A stretch of DNA of 64,000 nt. Source: Burkholderiales bacterium (lineage in GTDB: Bacteria; Pseudomonadota; Gammaproteobacteria; Burkholderiales; SG8-41). How positions within the stretch are numbered: position 1 is the stretch's first letter; each line of letters begins with the position of its first letter. Location of the stretch: contig JAHCAI010000012.1 of assembly GCA_019634975.1 (NCBI GenBank), positions 7,004-71,003 of the forward strand, written 5' to 3'. This document shows positions 18,355-27,228 of this stretch, in pieces. The notes below the pieces were generated by a model. The model worked only from the letters and a program-made list of their open reading frames with translations. It was not told the DNA's origin and searched no databases. The position numbers and the translations under genes are program-made.

Positions 18355-18900
18355 TCAGATCTTCATGATCTGTTCGCGGTAGTAGCGCAGTTCCGCGATC
18401 GATTCGTGGATGTCGGCAAGCGCCTCGTGCTTGCCGTGCTTGACCATGCCGGCCACCACCTCCGGTTTCCAGCGCCGCGCCAGCTCCTTCAGCGTGCTGA
18501 CGTCGATCATGCGGTAATGGAAATACCCGTCCAGCTGGGGCAGGTACTTGACCAGGAAACGCCGGTCCTGGTGCACCGAGTTGCCGCAGATCGGCGAGGC
18601 GCCCTTGGGCACGTGCTGCTCGAGGAAGGCGATCATCTGCGCCTCGGCCTGGGCCTCGGTCAGCGTCGAAGCCCTGACCCGGTCAATGAGGCCCGATTTC
18701 CTGTGGGTCGACTTGTTCCAGTTGTCCATGGCATCGAGCACCGTATCCGGCTGGTGGATCACCAGCACCGGCGCCTCGGCGACGGTGTTGAGCTGGGAGT
18801 CGGTGATGACGACCGCGATTTCGAGCACACGCTCGATCTCGGGATCGAGCCCGCTCATCTCCATGTCGATCCAGATGAGGGCGTTGGGATCCTGTGCCAT
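18355..18900 (-). CDS. orn: oligoribonuclease
   Basis: Start ATG 18900 ([21 protein letters not shown]...). DEDDh exonuclease motifs. [13 protein letters not shown]. Confidence 0.92.
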   Translation of the reverse strand: MAQDPNALIWIDMEMSGLDPEIERVLEIAVVITDSQLNTVAEAPVLVIHQPDTVLDAMDNWNKSTHRKSGLIDRVRASTLTEAQAEAQMIAFLEQHVPKGASPICGNSVHQDRRFLVKYLPQLDGYFHYRMIDVSTLKELARRWKPEVVAGMVKHGKHEALADIHESIAELRYYREQIMKI

Positions 18901-18974
18901 AATGATTTTTCGTTCGGGCCGTGAATTTTCAGACACGCATTGTGTCACAAGGCCGAATCCCCCAGCCAGAGAAT

Positions 18975-20219
18975 ATGCATACTTTCGGACTGATTTTCCT
19001 CGCCGCCCTGCTGCTGACGGTCGCCACCCGGCTGTGGCTCGCCGCGCGCCACGCCGCGCATGTGCGCGCCCACCGCGACGCCGTTCCGTCGCAGTTCGCG
19101 GATGTCATCACCCTCGACGCCCACCAGCGCGCCGCCGATTACACCGCCGCAAAGACCCGCCTCGGCCGGGTCGATCTGCTGGCCGGCACCGCGCTGACGC
19201 TGGCCTTCACCTTCGGCGGAGGCCTGCAGGCCCTGCACGAACTGAGCGCGGCCTGGTTCGAGCCCGGCATCCTGCGCGGCCTCGCGCTGATCGCCGCCGT
19301 GGCGCTGATCTCCACCGTCGTCGACATCCCTTTCAACCTCTACCGCACCTTCGTCGTCGAAGAGCGCTTCGGCTTCAACAAGATGACGCCGAAGCTGTTC
19401 TGGGCGGATTTCGCGAAAGGGCTCGTGCTCGGAGCCGCGCTCGGCCTGCCGCTGATCGCGACCGTGCTGTGGCTGATGGAGCGCATGGGCGAGTGGTGGT
19501 GGCTCTATGCCTGGCTGACCTGGATGGCCTTCAACATCGTGATGCTCGCGATCTACCCGACCTGGATCGCGCCGCTGTTCAACAAGTTCTCGCCGCTGAC
19601 CGACGCCGCGATGAAGGAACGCGTCGAACGCCTGCTCGACCGCTGCGGCTTCAAGGTCAAGGGCCTGATGGTGATGGACGGCTCGCGCCGCTCCAGCCAC
19701 GGCAACGCCTATTTCACCGGCTTCGGCAAGACCAAGCGCATCGTGTTCTTCGACACCCTGCTCTCGCGCCTGGAGCCGCCCGAAGTGGAGGCCGTGCTCG
19801 CCCACGAACTGGGCCACTTCAAGCTGAAGCACGTGATCAAGCGCATCGCCTGGATTTTCGCCGCCAGCCTCGGCTTCCTGTGGCTGCTCGGCTGGGTGGT
19901 CGACAAGCCCTGGTTCTACGAGGGCCTCGGCGTGTCCTCGCCGTCGACCGCGATGGCGCTGGTGCTGTTCTCGATCGTGATCCCGGTGTTCACCTTCCTG
20001 TTCCAGCCGCTGGGCGCGATGATGTCGCGCAGGCACGAATACGAAGCCGATGCCTTCGCCGCGCAGCACACCCCGGCAGCCGATCTGGTGTCGGCACTGG
20101 TCAAGCTCTACAAGGACAATGCCTCGACGCTGACGCCGGACCCGCTGCATTCGGCGTTCTACGATTCCCACCCGCCGGCGACGCTGCGCATCGCGCGCCT
20201 GCAGCAGGCGGCGCGCTGA
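18975..20219 (+). CDS. M48-family zinc metallopeptidase (Ste24/HtpX-like)
   Basis: Start ATG 18975 ([14 protein letters not shown]...). HELGH zinc motif ([11 protein letters not shown]). Several TM helices. Divergent from orn. Confidence 0.85.
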   Translation: MHTFGLIFLAALLLTVATRLWLAARHAAHVRAHRDAVPSQFADVITLDAHQRAADYTAAKTRLGRVDLLAGTALTLAFTFGGGLQALHELSAAWFEPGILRGLALIAAVALISTVVDIPFNLYRTFVVEERFGFNKMTPKLFWADFAKGLVLGAALGLPLIATVLWLMERMGEWWWLYAWLTWMAFNIVMLAIYPTWIAPLFNKFSPLTDAAMKERVERLLDRCGFKVKGLMVMDGSRRSSHGNAYFTGFGKTKRIVFFDTLLSRLEPPEVEAVLAHELGHFKLKHVIKRIAWIFAASLGFLWLLGWVVDKPWFYEGLGVSSPSTAMALVLFSIVIPVFTFLFQPLGAMMSRRHEYEADAFAAQHTPAADLVSALVKLYKDNASTLTPDPLHSAFYDSHPPATLRIARLQQAAR

Positions 20220-20230
20220 GGACACACGGC

Positions 20231-20560
20231 ATGAGCGACCTCGCACAGAAGAAATGCAAACCCTGCGAAGGCGGCGTCGCGCCGCTGACCGCGGACGAAA
20301 TCACGCTGCTGATGAAGCGCCTGAAGGGCTGGTCGTACACCGGCAGCGTGCTGACCAAGACCTTCGAGTTCCGCAACTACCACGAGACCATGGCCTTCGT
20401 GAACGCGACGGCGTGGATTTCCCACCGCGAGGATCACCACCCCGATCTTTCGGTCGGCTACAGCAAATGCCGCGTCGACTACATCACCCACGCGATCGGC
20501 GGCCTTTCGGAAAATGACTTCATCTGTGCCGCAAAAATTGATGCCCTCTTCGACATTTGA
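20231..20560 (+). CDS. phhB: 4a-hydroxytetrahydrobiopterin (pterin-4a-carbinolamine) dehydratase
   Basis: 109 aa read from the tail of track ORF 18548..20560: MSDLAQKKCKPCEGG...HHPDL...NDFICAAKIDALF. PCD/DCoH signature. Confidence 0.85.
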   Translation: MSDLAQKKCKPCEGGVAPLTADEITLLMKRLKGWSYTGSVLTKTFEFRNYHETMAFVNATAWISHREDHHPDLSVGYSKCRVDYITHAIGGLSENDFICAAKIDALFDI

Positions 20561-20648
20561 TGATGGGCAAATGATGATCAACCTCGTCATTTCGGCGCAG
20601 GCTCACATGCGCGCAGCGCATGTTAATAAAAGCGCGCAGGCGCTTTTC

Positions 20649-20708
20649 GGCCGCAGCCAAAATGACTTCATCCGTGCCGCAAAGGGCGATGCGCTGTTCG
20701 AGCTCTGA
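20649..20708 (+). pseudogene. fossil duplicate of the 3-prime end of the PCD gene
   Basis: aaaatgacttcatccgtgccgcaaagggcgatgcgctgttcgagctctga (GRSQNDFIRAAKGDALFEL*) parallels 20501-20560 (GLSENDFICAAKIDALFDI*). Confidence 0.5.
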
Positions 20709-20716
20709 CGCCGCGA

Positions 20717-21625
20717 ATGCCGGCGTGCCGCTTGGGTTCTGAATCCGCAGAGTCCGGCCTGATCACCGCCGCCTACGGCCGGCGATTCCTTGTCGAATGC
20801 GCCGACGGCCGGGTGCGCGACTGCAGCACCCGCGGCAAGCGCAACGACTATGCCTGCGGCGACCGCGTCACGGTCAGTTGCAGCGGCGACGACCAGGGTG
20901 TCATCGAATCCTGCGCGCCGCGCGACAGCCTGCTCTACCGTTCCGACGAGTGGAAACAGAAGCTGATCGCCGCCAACGTCAGCCGCATGGTCGCGGTGGT
21001 CGCCCCGCTGCCCTCCTTCGACCTCGACGTCCTCGACTGCTGCCTCGCCGCCGCCGAGCACGCGGGCATCCGGCCGCTGATCGTGCTCAACAAGGCGGAC
21101 CTGCCGGAGGCGGCCATCTCGGAACGTTCGCTCGCGCCGTACCTCGCCATGGGCTATCCGCTGCTGAAGCTGGTCGCGCGCGACAGCGTGGATGCGCTGC
21201 GGCCGCAGCTCGCCGGACAGCGCAGCGTGCTGGTCGGCGAATCGGGCATGGGCAAGTCGACGATCCTCAATGCGCTGCTGCCGCAGGCCGCGGCGCAAAC
21301 GCAGGACATCTCGGCGGCACTGGGCACCGGCCGGCATACCACCTCGCATGCGCGGCTCTACCACCTCGACGCGCACAGCGACATCATCGACACCCCCGGC
21401 GTGCAGGCCTTCGGCGTGCACCACCTCGGCGTCGACGACCTCGCGGCGGCGTTCGTCGACTTCCGCCCCCACCTCGGGCAATGCCGCTTCCGCAACTGCC
21501 GCCACCTCGAGGAGCCGGGCTGCGCGCTGGCCGCGGCGGCGGAGGCCGGCACGATCACCCCCCGGCGATTGGCCAGCTACCGGCGACTGGCTGCGGAGAA
21601 TCTCGCGCGGCAGAAGAAATATTAG
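20717..21625 (+). CDS. rsgA: ribosome small-subunit-dependent GTPase A
   Basis: 302 aa. NKADL, VGESGMGKSTILNAL, GRHTTSHARL, CRFRNCRHLEEPGCA (zinc-finger) motifs. Confidence 0.92.
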   Translation: MPACRLGSESAESGLITAAYGRRFLVECADGRVRDCSTRGKRNDYACGDRVTVSCSGDDQGVIESCAPRDSLLYRSDEWKQKLIAANVSRMVAVVAPLPSFDLDVLDCCLAAAEHAGIRPLIVLNKADLPEAAISERSLAPYLAMGYPLLKLVARDSVDALRPQLAGQRSVLVGESGMGKSTILNALLPQAAAQTQDISAALGTGRHTTSHARLYHLDAHSDIIDTPGVQAFGVHHLGVDDLAAAFVDFRPHLGQCRFRNCRHLEEPGCALAAAAEAGTITPRRLASYRRLAAENLARQKKY

Positions 21626-21639
21626 ATGGCGGCGGAACA

Positions 21640-22010
21640 GCGGAATGAGTCCCCACCACTTTGGATTCCGGCTCGCCGCCAAGAGAACTTCCTTCGGGAC
21701 GCATCCAGGCCATGATCCCTGGATTCCGGCGTTCGCCGGAATGACGAAATGGAGGTCTTCACACATAACCCGTCATTCCGGACACGCGAAGCGTGAGCCG
21801 GAATCCAGGGCGCTGAAACACCGGTGAAACGTGCTCAGCCGCGAACACTCTGATCCGGAGGGCTGCAGCCCGGATGCGCCCCGAAGGAAATGGGCGTAGC
21901 CCGGATGCAACGAAGTGGAATCCGGGGCAGTCGTCGCAGGGAACTGCCCCGGCCCCGGACTCCGGCCTGCCTCCGGGCTACGGGTATGGCAGACGAAGAG
22001 TGTGATCTTG
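21640..22010. repeat. cluster of REP-like palindromic units (attccgg...ccggaat type and gtagcccggat...atccgggg type)
   Basis: ccctggattccggcgttcgccggaatgacg (21717-21746) and the inverted cgtcattccggacacgcgaagcgtgagccggaatccaggg (21770-21810). Further units are gcagcccggatgcgccccgaagg and gcgtagcccggatgcaacgaagtggaatccgggg (21890-21935). Track ORFs here read VIPANAGIQ-type repeat translations. Confidence 0.6.
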
Positions 22011-22020
22011 CCAGCCGCGC

Positions 22021-22941
22021 TCAGCCCAGCGCGCGCGCCATCGACACGATCAGCAGCAGGAACAGCCAGATCACCAGCGCGCGCCAGATCAGGCCCACCG
22101 CGGCGCGCAGATCCTCGACCTCGACGCTGTCGCCAATGCCCAGTTCCGGCCGCTGGTTGAGCATGCCGTCCTCGCGCAGCGTGCCGCCGAGCCGCACGCC
22201 CAGCGCGCCGGCGCCGCTCGCCAGCACCACGCCCTCGGCATCGCGCTGCCAGGCGCCGGACTGGGTGCGCCAGCAGTAGGCCGCGTCCTCGAAGTTGCCG
22301 GCGATCGCGAAACTCGCCGCGGTCATCCGTGCCGGCAGCCAGTCGATCCAGAAAAAGGCGCGCTCGGCGAACAACGCAAAGGCGCGTTTTTCCGGATCCA
22401 CCTGGCGGCCCCAGCGTTCGCCGAGGATGTCCGCCGCGCGGTAGACCACGGGGCCGACCGGCCCCAGCACCACGAACCAGAAAATCGGGCCGAGCACATA
22501 GCGGTGCGCCTGCACCAGGCCAAGCTCGATCGCCACCCGCGACACCTCCGCGGCATTGAGTTCATCGGCCGGCACGCCGCGCCAGCGCCCGAGCACGTCG
22601 CGCGCGGTGGCAATGTCCTGCTCGCGCAGGGCCTGTGCAATCTCGGTGAAGCAATGGCTGAAACGGCGGAAGCCCATCGCGACATAGAGCACCGCAACGC
22701 TCCAGGCCAGCGCCAGCAGGATGCTCGCCTCGCGCAACAGCACGTAGATGATCACCGTCAGCAGCGCCAGCGGCAGCACCGCGACCACCCACGCGATCGC
22801 GCCATGGCTCGCCTGCAAGCCGTTGAAGCGCTGCTCGAGGCTGTCGGCATAGCGCTCGTAAGCCGCGTAGAACAGATTGCCGCGGCGCAAAGGCCAGGCC
22901 TGTTCCAGCAGCAACGCCAATGCCAGCGCGAGGAATTTCAT
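22021..22941 (-). CDS. CobD/CbiB-family membrane protein (AmpE-like)
   Basis: 306 aa. MKFLALALALLLEQAWPLRRGN... Several TM helices. General CobD/CbiB/AmpE resemblance. Confidence 0.6.
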   Translation of the reverse strand: MKFLALALALLLEQAWPLRRGNLFYAAYERYADSLEQRFNGLQASHGAIAWVVAVLPLALLTVIIYVLLREASILLALAWSVAVLYVAMGFRRFSHCFTEIAQALREQDIATARDVLGRWRGVPADELNAAEVSRVAIELGLVQAHRYVLGPIFWFVVLGPVGPVVYRAADILGERWGRQVDPEKRAFALFAERAFFWIDWLPARMTAASFAIAGNFEDAAYCWRTQSGAWQRDAEGVVLASGAGALGVRLGGTLREDGMLNQRPELGIGDSVEVEDLRAAVGLIWRALVIWLFLLLIVSMARALG

Positions 22942-22955
22942 AAAAAGTTGTTTAT

Positions 22956-22968
22956 AATCAATATCTTA
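22956..22968 (+). promoter_or_regulatory. IHF-consensus-like site (AATCAATATCTTA)
   Basis: Matches WATCAANNNNTTR. Flanked by an A/T tract, 15 nt from the CobD-like start codon. Confidence 0.3.
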
Positions 22969-22985
22969 TGAAAAATCCCTCATCT

Positions 22986-23029
22986 CCCTCTCCCCACCGC
23001 TTGGTGGGGAGAGGGTTGGGGTGAGGGGC
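22986..23029 (+). repeat. REP-like hairpin element, copy 1 (ccctctcccc-loop-ggggagagggttggggtgagggg)
   Basis: ccctctccccaccgcttggtggggagagggttggggtgagggg. The same element occurs at 27153-27193 and, inverted, at 31577-31615. Confidence 0.75.
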
Positions 23030-23076
23030 AACAAAAAATCATTCCACCAAGTGTTCTTGCAAAAAAACCAGGAGCA

Positions 23077-23583
23077 TCACTGCGGATAGTCAATCGTCAC
23101 GATCTCGACCTCGGTCTCCCCCGCCGGACGCCGCCACTTGACGGTGTCGCCGACGCGGGCGCCGAGCAGCGAGCGCGCAAGCGGCGAGGCCCAGCTGATG
23201 CGGCCGGCCGCGACATCGGCTTCGTCGTCGCCGACGATGCTGAAGGTCTCGACGCGGCCGTCAGCCTCCTCGACCTTCACCGTCGCGCCGAAGCGCACCT
23301 CGCCGCGCGGGTGCTGCGCCGGATCGACCAGTTCGGCGCGCTCCAGCTGCGCGACGAAATAACGCTGGTCGCGCTCGACCTCGCGCAGCTTGCGCTTGGC
23401 TTCCGAGTCATCGCCGGCCAGCGCCTTCAGCTGTTCGTGCTGTTCCGCGAGTTCGCGCACCCGCGCGCGCAGCTGCTCCAGGCCCTGCGGCGTGACGTAG
23501 TTGGCGTGCGCGGGCACCGGCCGCTCCGGCAGTTCTCCGGCGACGAGGTCGTCATCACTCTCTTTGACAAATGCGCGGCTCAT
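23077..23583 (-). CDS. greB: transcription elongation factor GreB (GreA/GreB family)
   Basis: 168 aa from ATG 23583: MSRAFVKESDDD...YVTPQGLEQLRARVRELAE...ISWASPLARSLLGARVGDTV. Confidence 0.8.
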   Translation of the reverse strand: MSRAFVKESDDDLVAGELPERPVPAHANYVTPQGLEQLRARVRELAEQHEQLKALAGDDSEAKRKLREVERDQRYFVAQLERAELVDPAQHPRGEVRFGATVKVEEADGRVETFSIVGDDEADVAAGRISWASPLARSLLGARVGDTVKWRRPAGETEVEIVTIDYPQ

Positions 23584-23642
23584 GTCGTGTTCCCGCCGTC
23601 CGTGCCGGAACGGCAATGTGTTGAACAAGGGATTGCCGACTG

Positions 23643-24272
23643 TTATACCGGCTGGGCCGGCGACTGGCAACCGCCTGCGATGCGGCGCCACAGCAGCGTG
23701 CGGTTGTTGGCGGGCATCGCGTGATCGCCCGTCAGCTTGAAGCCCTGCGCCGCGGCGAGCGCATCCACCGCCTCGAAATCGCGGATGCCGCTCTGCGGAT
23801 CGCGCGCGCGCAGGTAGGCGTCGAACTGCGCGTTGGACGGCGCGGTATGGCGGCCGCCGTAGCGGAAGGGCCCGTACACCGCGAGCACGCCGCCCGGCTG
23901 CAGCACGCGGCCGGCACCGCGGAAAAAATTCTCCACCGAAGGCCAGCCCATGATGTGCAGCGTGTTGGCGCTGAACAGCGCATCGCAGGACCCGACCGGC
24001 CAGCGCGCATCGTCGACGTCCAGCGCCAGCGGCGGCCGCAGATTGGATGATCCCTCGTGCTCGCGCCACGCGGCGATGCCCGGCAGGTGTTCCGGCCGGT
24101 CGCTGGGCTGCCATTCGAGGTGCGGCAGCGCGGCCGCAAAAAACACCGCATGCTGGCCGGTGCCGGCGCCGATCTCCAGCACCCGCGTCGCCCCGGCGAA
24201 GGCCTCGCGCAGCACTTCGAGTATCGGCCCGCGGTTGCGCTCGCAGGCCTCGGACCAGGGCCGCTGCGCCAT
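23643..24272 (-). CDS. DUF938 SAM-dependent methyltransferase-like protein
   Basis: 209 aa from ATG 24272: ERNRGPILEVL...VLEIGAGTGQHAVFFA...HLEWQPSD. ATGA overlap with the patatin gene stop. Confidence 0.7.
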   Translation of the reverse strand: MAQRPWSEACERNRGPILEVLREAFAGATRVLEIGAGTGQHAVFFAAALPHLEWQPSDRPEHLPGIAAWREHEGSSNLRPPLALDVDDARWPVGSCDALFSANTLHIMGWPSVENFFRGAGRVLQPGGVLAVYGPFRYGGRHTAPSNAQFDAYLRARDPQSGIRDFEAVDALAAAQGFKLTGDHAMPANNRTLLWRRIAGGCQSPAQPV

Positions 24273-25432
24273 CAGCCGCCGTGCCCGAGGAATTCGAGCA
24301 GGCCGTCCTTCTGCGCCAGGGTATCGCTGTAGCCGAGGCGGATCAGCTCGCGGCAGTAGGCCCGCTCGAACAGCAGGTAGGACACCAGGTTGGAGCCGTT
24401 GCGCCGCATCGCGCCCACTGTCTGCAGCAGGCCGCGGATCACCCGCGGCAGCGACTGCGCATGGCGCGCGGCGATCTGGCTCAGCGGCACGCTGGGCGTG
24501 ATCACCCGCACGTCGATTTTGCGCAGCGGATAGCCGTTCTGCCGCAGCGTCTCCGGCGGAATGATCGAGAGCGTGCGATTGATGCGCTGCAGGCGCTCGA
24601 GATCGGCCTCCAGCGAGTCGAGGAAGATGCTGTCGAGCGCGTGGCCGGCAATCTGCGCGAGCGAGGGATAGCCGTCGGAAGCCACGCGCACCGCCGGCTG
24701 GTTCGCCTGGCGGCCGACGCCGATCACCAGCAGGCGGTCCGCGCCGAGGTGCAGCGCCGGGCTCACCGGCGCGATCTGGCGCATCGAACCGTCGCCGAAA
24801 TACTCGCGGTTGATTTTCACCGGCGGAAAAATGAATGGCAGCGCGCTGGAGGCCATCAGGTGCGGCAGTCCGATCGGCATCGCCACCCCGATGCGGCGCG
24901 CGCGTTCCCAGGCGGCGAGGCTGGCATGGCCCTGGTAGAAGGTCACCGACTGGCCGCTGGTGTAGCCGGAACAGGTCACCGCAAAGGCCTGCAGGTATCC
25001 GGCCTCGATGTGGCGCCCGATCGCCGGAAAATCGACATGGCGCTCCAGCAGCTCCGCCAGCGGCGAATTGTCGAGCAGCGACACCGCGCCGCTGACCAGG
25101 CGTCCACCGGAAAGCGAGGACAGCAGCCAGCGCGCGCTGTTGGCGAGCGCGCCGCGCGCATCGGCGCGGTAGACCTGGCCGACGTGGAAGTTTTTCCATA
25201 CCGCGGTGAGCCGCCGCACGCCGCGGCGGAACTGGCGGGCATCGGTGGCGAGCACCGCGGCATTGATCGCCCCGGCCGAAGTGCCGCAGATGATCGGAAA
25301 GGGATTGGGCGCGTCCCTCGGCAGCAGGTCCTCCAGCGCGCGCAGCACGCCGACCTGGTAGGCCGCGCGCGCGCCGCCGCCGGTCATGATCAACCCGGTG
25401 ACAGCTCCGGTCCCGGCGGGCGCATTCATCAT
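24272..25432 (-). CDS. patatin-like phospholipase family protein
   Basis: 386 aa. GGGARAAYQVGVL (oxyanion hole), GTSAGAINAA (GxSxG), later DGS/DGG dyad. Confidence 0.85.
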   Translation of the reverse strand: MMNAPAGTGAVTGLIMTGGGARAAYQVGVLRALEDLLPRDAPNPFPIICGTSAGAINAAVLATDARQFRRGVRRLTAVWKNFHVGQVYRADARGALANSARWLLSSLSGGRLVSGAVSLLDNSPLAELLERHVDFPAIGRHIEAGYLQAFAVTCSGYTSGQSVTFYQGHASLAAWERARRIGVAMPIGLPHLMASSALPFIFPPVKINREYFGDGSMRQIAPVSPALHLGADRLLVIGVGRQANQPAVRVASDGYPSLAQIAGHALDSIFLDSLEADLERLQRINRTLSIIPPETLRQNGYPLRKIDVRVITPSVPLSQIAARHAQSLPRVIRGLLQTVGAMRRNGSNLVSYLLFERAYCRELIRLGYSDTLAQKDGLLEFLGHGG

Positions 25433-25468
25433 TCAGAACGCCCTGCAGAATCACTCTTCCTGCACCAT

Positions 25469-25563
25469 GCCCGTAGCCCGGAAGAAGGCCGCAGGCCGGA
25501 GTCCGGGGCCGCGGCAGCCCGTGGCGACGACTGTCCCGGATTCCATTTCATTCCAACCGGGAT
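25469..25563. repeat. REP-like palindromic units (cccgga...tccggg type)
   Basis: gcccgtagcccggaagaaggccgcaggccggagtccgggg and tcccggattccatttcattccaaccggga. Related to units in the 21.9 kb cluster. Confidence 0.35.
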
Positions 25564-25621
25564 ACGGCCCCGTAATCCGCTTGCCTTGCCGGTAGGGGGG
25601 AGTTTCATGGTGTCAGGCCCT

Positions 25622-26116
25622 TTAAACCTGCACCGGCACTGCCGCCGCCACCGGCACCGCCTGCAACAGCCCGACCAGCACCTGCGGCGCAATACCCACC
25701 AGAAAACCGCGGCTGCCGCCGTTGATGTAAATGCCGGGCAGCTCGAGCACCGTGCTCTCGACGTATACCGGCATCCTGCGCCGCGTGCCGAAGGGCGAGG
25801 TGCCGCCGACGCGGTAGCCGGTGTGGCGTTCGGCCACTTCCGGCTTGCAGGGCTCGATGCGCTTGACGCCGATGATGCGCGCCAGCGCCTTGGTCGAGAC
25901 CTCGCGGTCGCCGTGCATCAGCACGATGCAGGGCTTAACGTTCTCGTCCTGCATCACCAGCGTCTTGATCACGCTGTGCTCGTCGACGCCCAGCTCGCGC
26001 GCCGACACCGCAGTGCCGCCGCGCTCCTCGTAGGCATAGAAATGCGGCGTGAACGCCACACCCGCCGCGCGCAGCGCCAGCACCGCCGGCGTCGAGGGCA
26101 TGCGCGGCGCGCTCAT
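25622..26116 (-). CDS. ybaK: Cys-tRNA(Pro)/Cys-tRNA(Cys) deacylase YbaK
   Basis: 164 aa. TPAVLALRAAGVAFTPHFY...VIKTLVM...GYRVGGTSPFG...INGGSRG. Confidence 0.85.
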   Translation of the reverse strand: MSAPRMPSTPAVLALRAAGVAFTPHFYAYEERGGTAVSARELGVDEHSVIKTLVMQDENVKPCIVLMHGDREVSTKALARIIGVKRIEPCKPEVAERHTGYRVGGTSPFGTRRRMPVYVESTVLELPGIYINGGSRGFLVGIAPQVLVGLLQAVPVAAAVPVQV

Positions 26117-26134
26117 CGTGTCTTCACCAGCCGC

Positions 26135-26761
26135 TCATTTGCCCGTCAACAACCGGCACAGGCTGTAGAGCATGCCGGCGGTGGCGCCCCAGATGTAGCG
26201 CCCCTCGTAGGGAATCGCCAGGTAATGGCGGTGGCGGCCGCGGAAACGGTACTCGCGGCGCTGGTAGTTCGCCGGGTCAAGGAAATGCGTGAGCGGCGCC
26301 TCGAAGATGTCGGCCACCTCGAACGCGTCGGGCCTCAGCTTGAAGGGCGGATCGACCCAGCCCACCACCGGCATGATGCGAAAGCCCGAGGGAATCTCGT
26401 AGCCGGGCAGGCGACCGAGCAGCGCGATGCGCTCGCGCGCGAGCCCGATCTCCTCTTCCGTTTCGCGCAACGCCGTCGCCTCGCGGTCCGGATCGTCCGG
26501 CTCGACGCGCCCGCCGGGAAAACTGATCTGCCCGGCATGGTCGCGCAGGTGCGCCGTGCGCTGGGTCAGCAGCAGCTGCACACCCTGCGGCCGGTTCACC
26601 AGCGGCACCAGCACCGCCGCCTCGGTGACCTTGGTGCCCTCCTTCAGCGAAATGACGTGGAGGTCGTTCTCCTCATGCGGCGGCGCCGGCCGCAGCAGAC
26701 CCTGCCGGATATCTTCCAGGGTCAGGGGCAGGGCGGCAGGGCGTTGAACGACGGTCGACAT
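26135..26761 (-). CDS. NUDIX hydrolase, CoA pyrophosphatase type
   Basis: 208 aa from ATG 26761. NUDIX box GQISFPGGRVEPDDPDREATALRETEEEIGL. The upstream LLTQRT motif is typical of CoA pyrophosphatases. Confidence 0.8.
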   Translation of the reverse strand: MSTVVQRPAALPLTLEDIRQGLLRPAPPHEENDLHVISLKEGTKVTEAAVLVPLVNRPQGVQLLLTQRTAHLRDHAGQISFPGGRVEPDDPDREATALRETEEEIGLARERIALLGRLPGYEIPSGFRIMPVVGWVDPPFKLRPDAFEVADIFEAPLTHFLDPANYQRREYRFRGRHRHYLAIPYEGRYIWGATAGMLYSLCRLLTGK

Positions 26762-26875
26762 GCGAAGGATTCTACCCGCAACGGCAGCGGCGTTTTCATG
26801 CCACACTGGCAGCGCATTGCGCCGCAAAAGCTCCACGACACCGCCGTTTCCACATCCACCCGAAGGAGAAACCGC

Positions 26876-27127
26876 ATGAGCAAGCTCACCACATCCGCCC
26901 TCGCCGCCGCCCTCGTCTTTGCCAGCAGCAACGCAGTGGCCTTTCACTGCCCCGCCGACATGAAGAAAATCGATGCCGCGATGGCCAAGAACCCGAAACT
27001 CACCGCAGACCAGATGGCGGAGGTGAAGAAATACCGTGCCGAAGGCGAAACCCTGCACAAGGCCGGCAAGCACCAAGCCTCGGTCGATACGCTGGCCAAG
27101 GCGATGAAGATTCTCGATATCAAGTAA
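26876..27127 (+). CDS. small secreted protein of unknown function
   Basis: 83 aa from the tail of track ORF 24047..27127. SD GGAGAA. Signal peptide MSKLTTSALAAALVFASSNAVA followed by FHCPADMKKID... Confidence 0.55.
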   Translation: MSKLTTSALAAALVFASSNAVAFHCPADMKKIDAAMAKNPKLTADQMAEVKKYRAEGETLHKAGKHQASVDTLAKAMKILDIK

Positions 27128-27152
27128 TCACCAAACGCAACGTCTCCACTCT

Positions 27153-27193
27153 CCCTCTCCCCGTTTTTACGGGGAGAGGGTTGGGGTGAGGGG
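27153..27193 (+). repeat. REP-like hairpin element, copy 2
   Basis: ccctctccccgtttttacggggagagggttggggtgagggg. Confidence 0.75.
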
Positions 27194-27228
27194 CTACAGA
27201 AGATGTAACCGATGATCACCATCCCCGC

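Noticed and set aside
20514-20708. 64-aa ORF spanning the PCD stop region as an independent gene
   Set aside because: Its only meaningful part is the C-terminal 20 residues, which duplicate the PCD C-terminus. The rest reads through hairpins. Treated as a fossil fragment.
21192-22279. ORFs 21192-21827, 20603-21766 and 21890-22279 as genes
   Set aside because: They are out of frame or antisense to rsgA and the CobD-like gene. Otherwise they translate the REP stack (VIPANAGIQ, RSGIRG repeat peptides).
24272-25432. Patatin-like phospholipase as a CBASS or other defence effector
   Set aside because: There is no cyclase/nucleotidyltransferase, sensor or other defence gene nearby. GC is the same as the core genome. 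It is translationally coupled to a DUF938 methyltransferase in a housekeeping neighbourhood.
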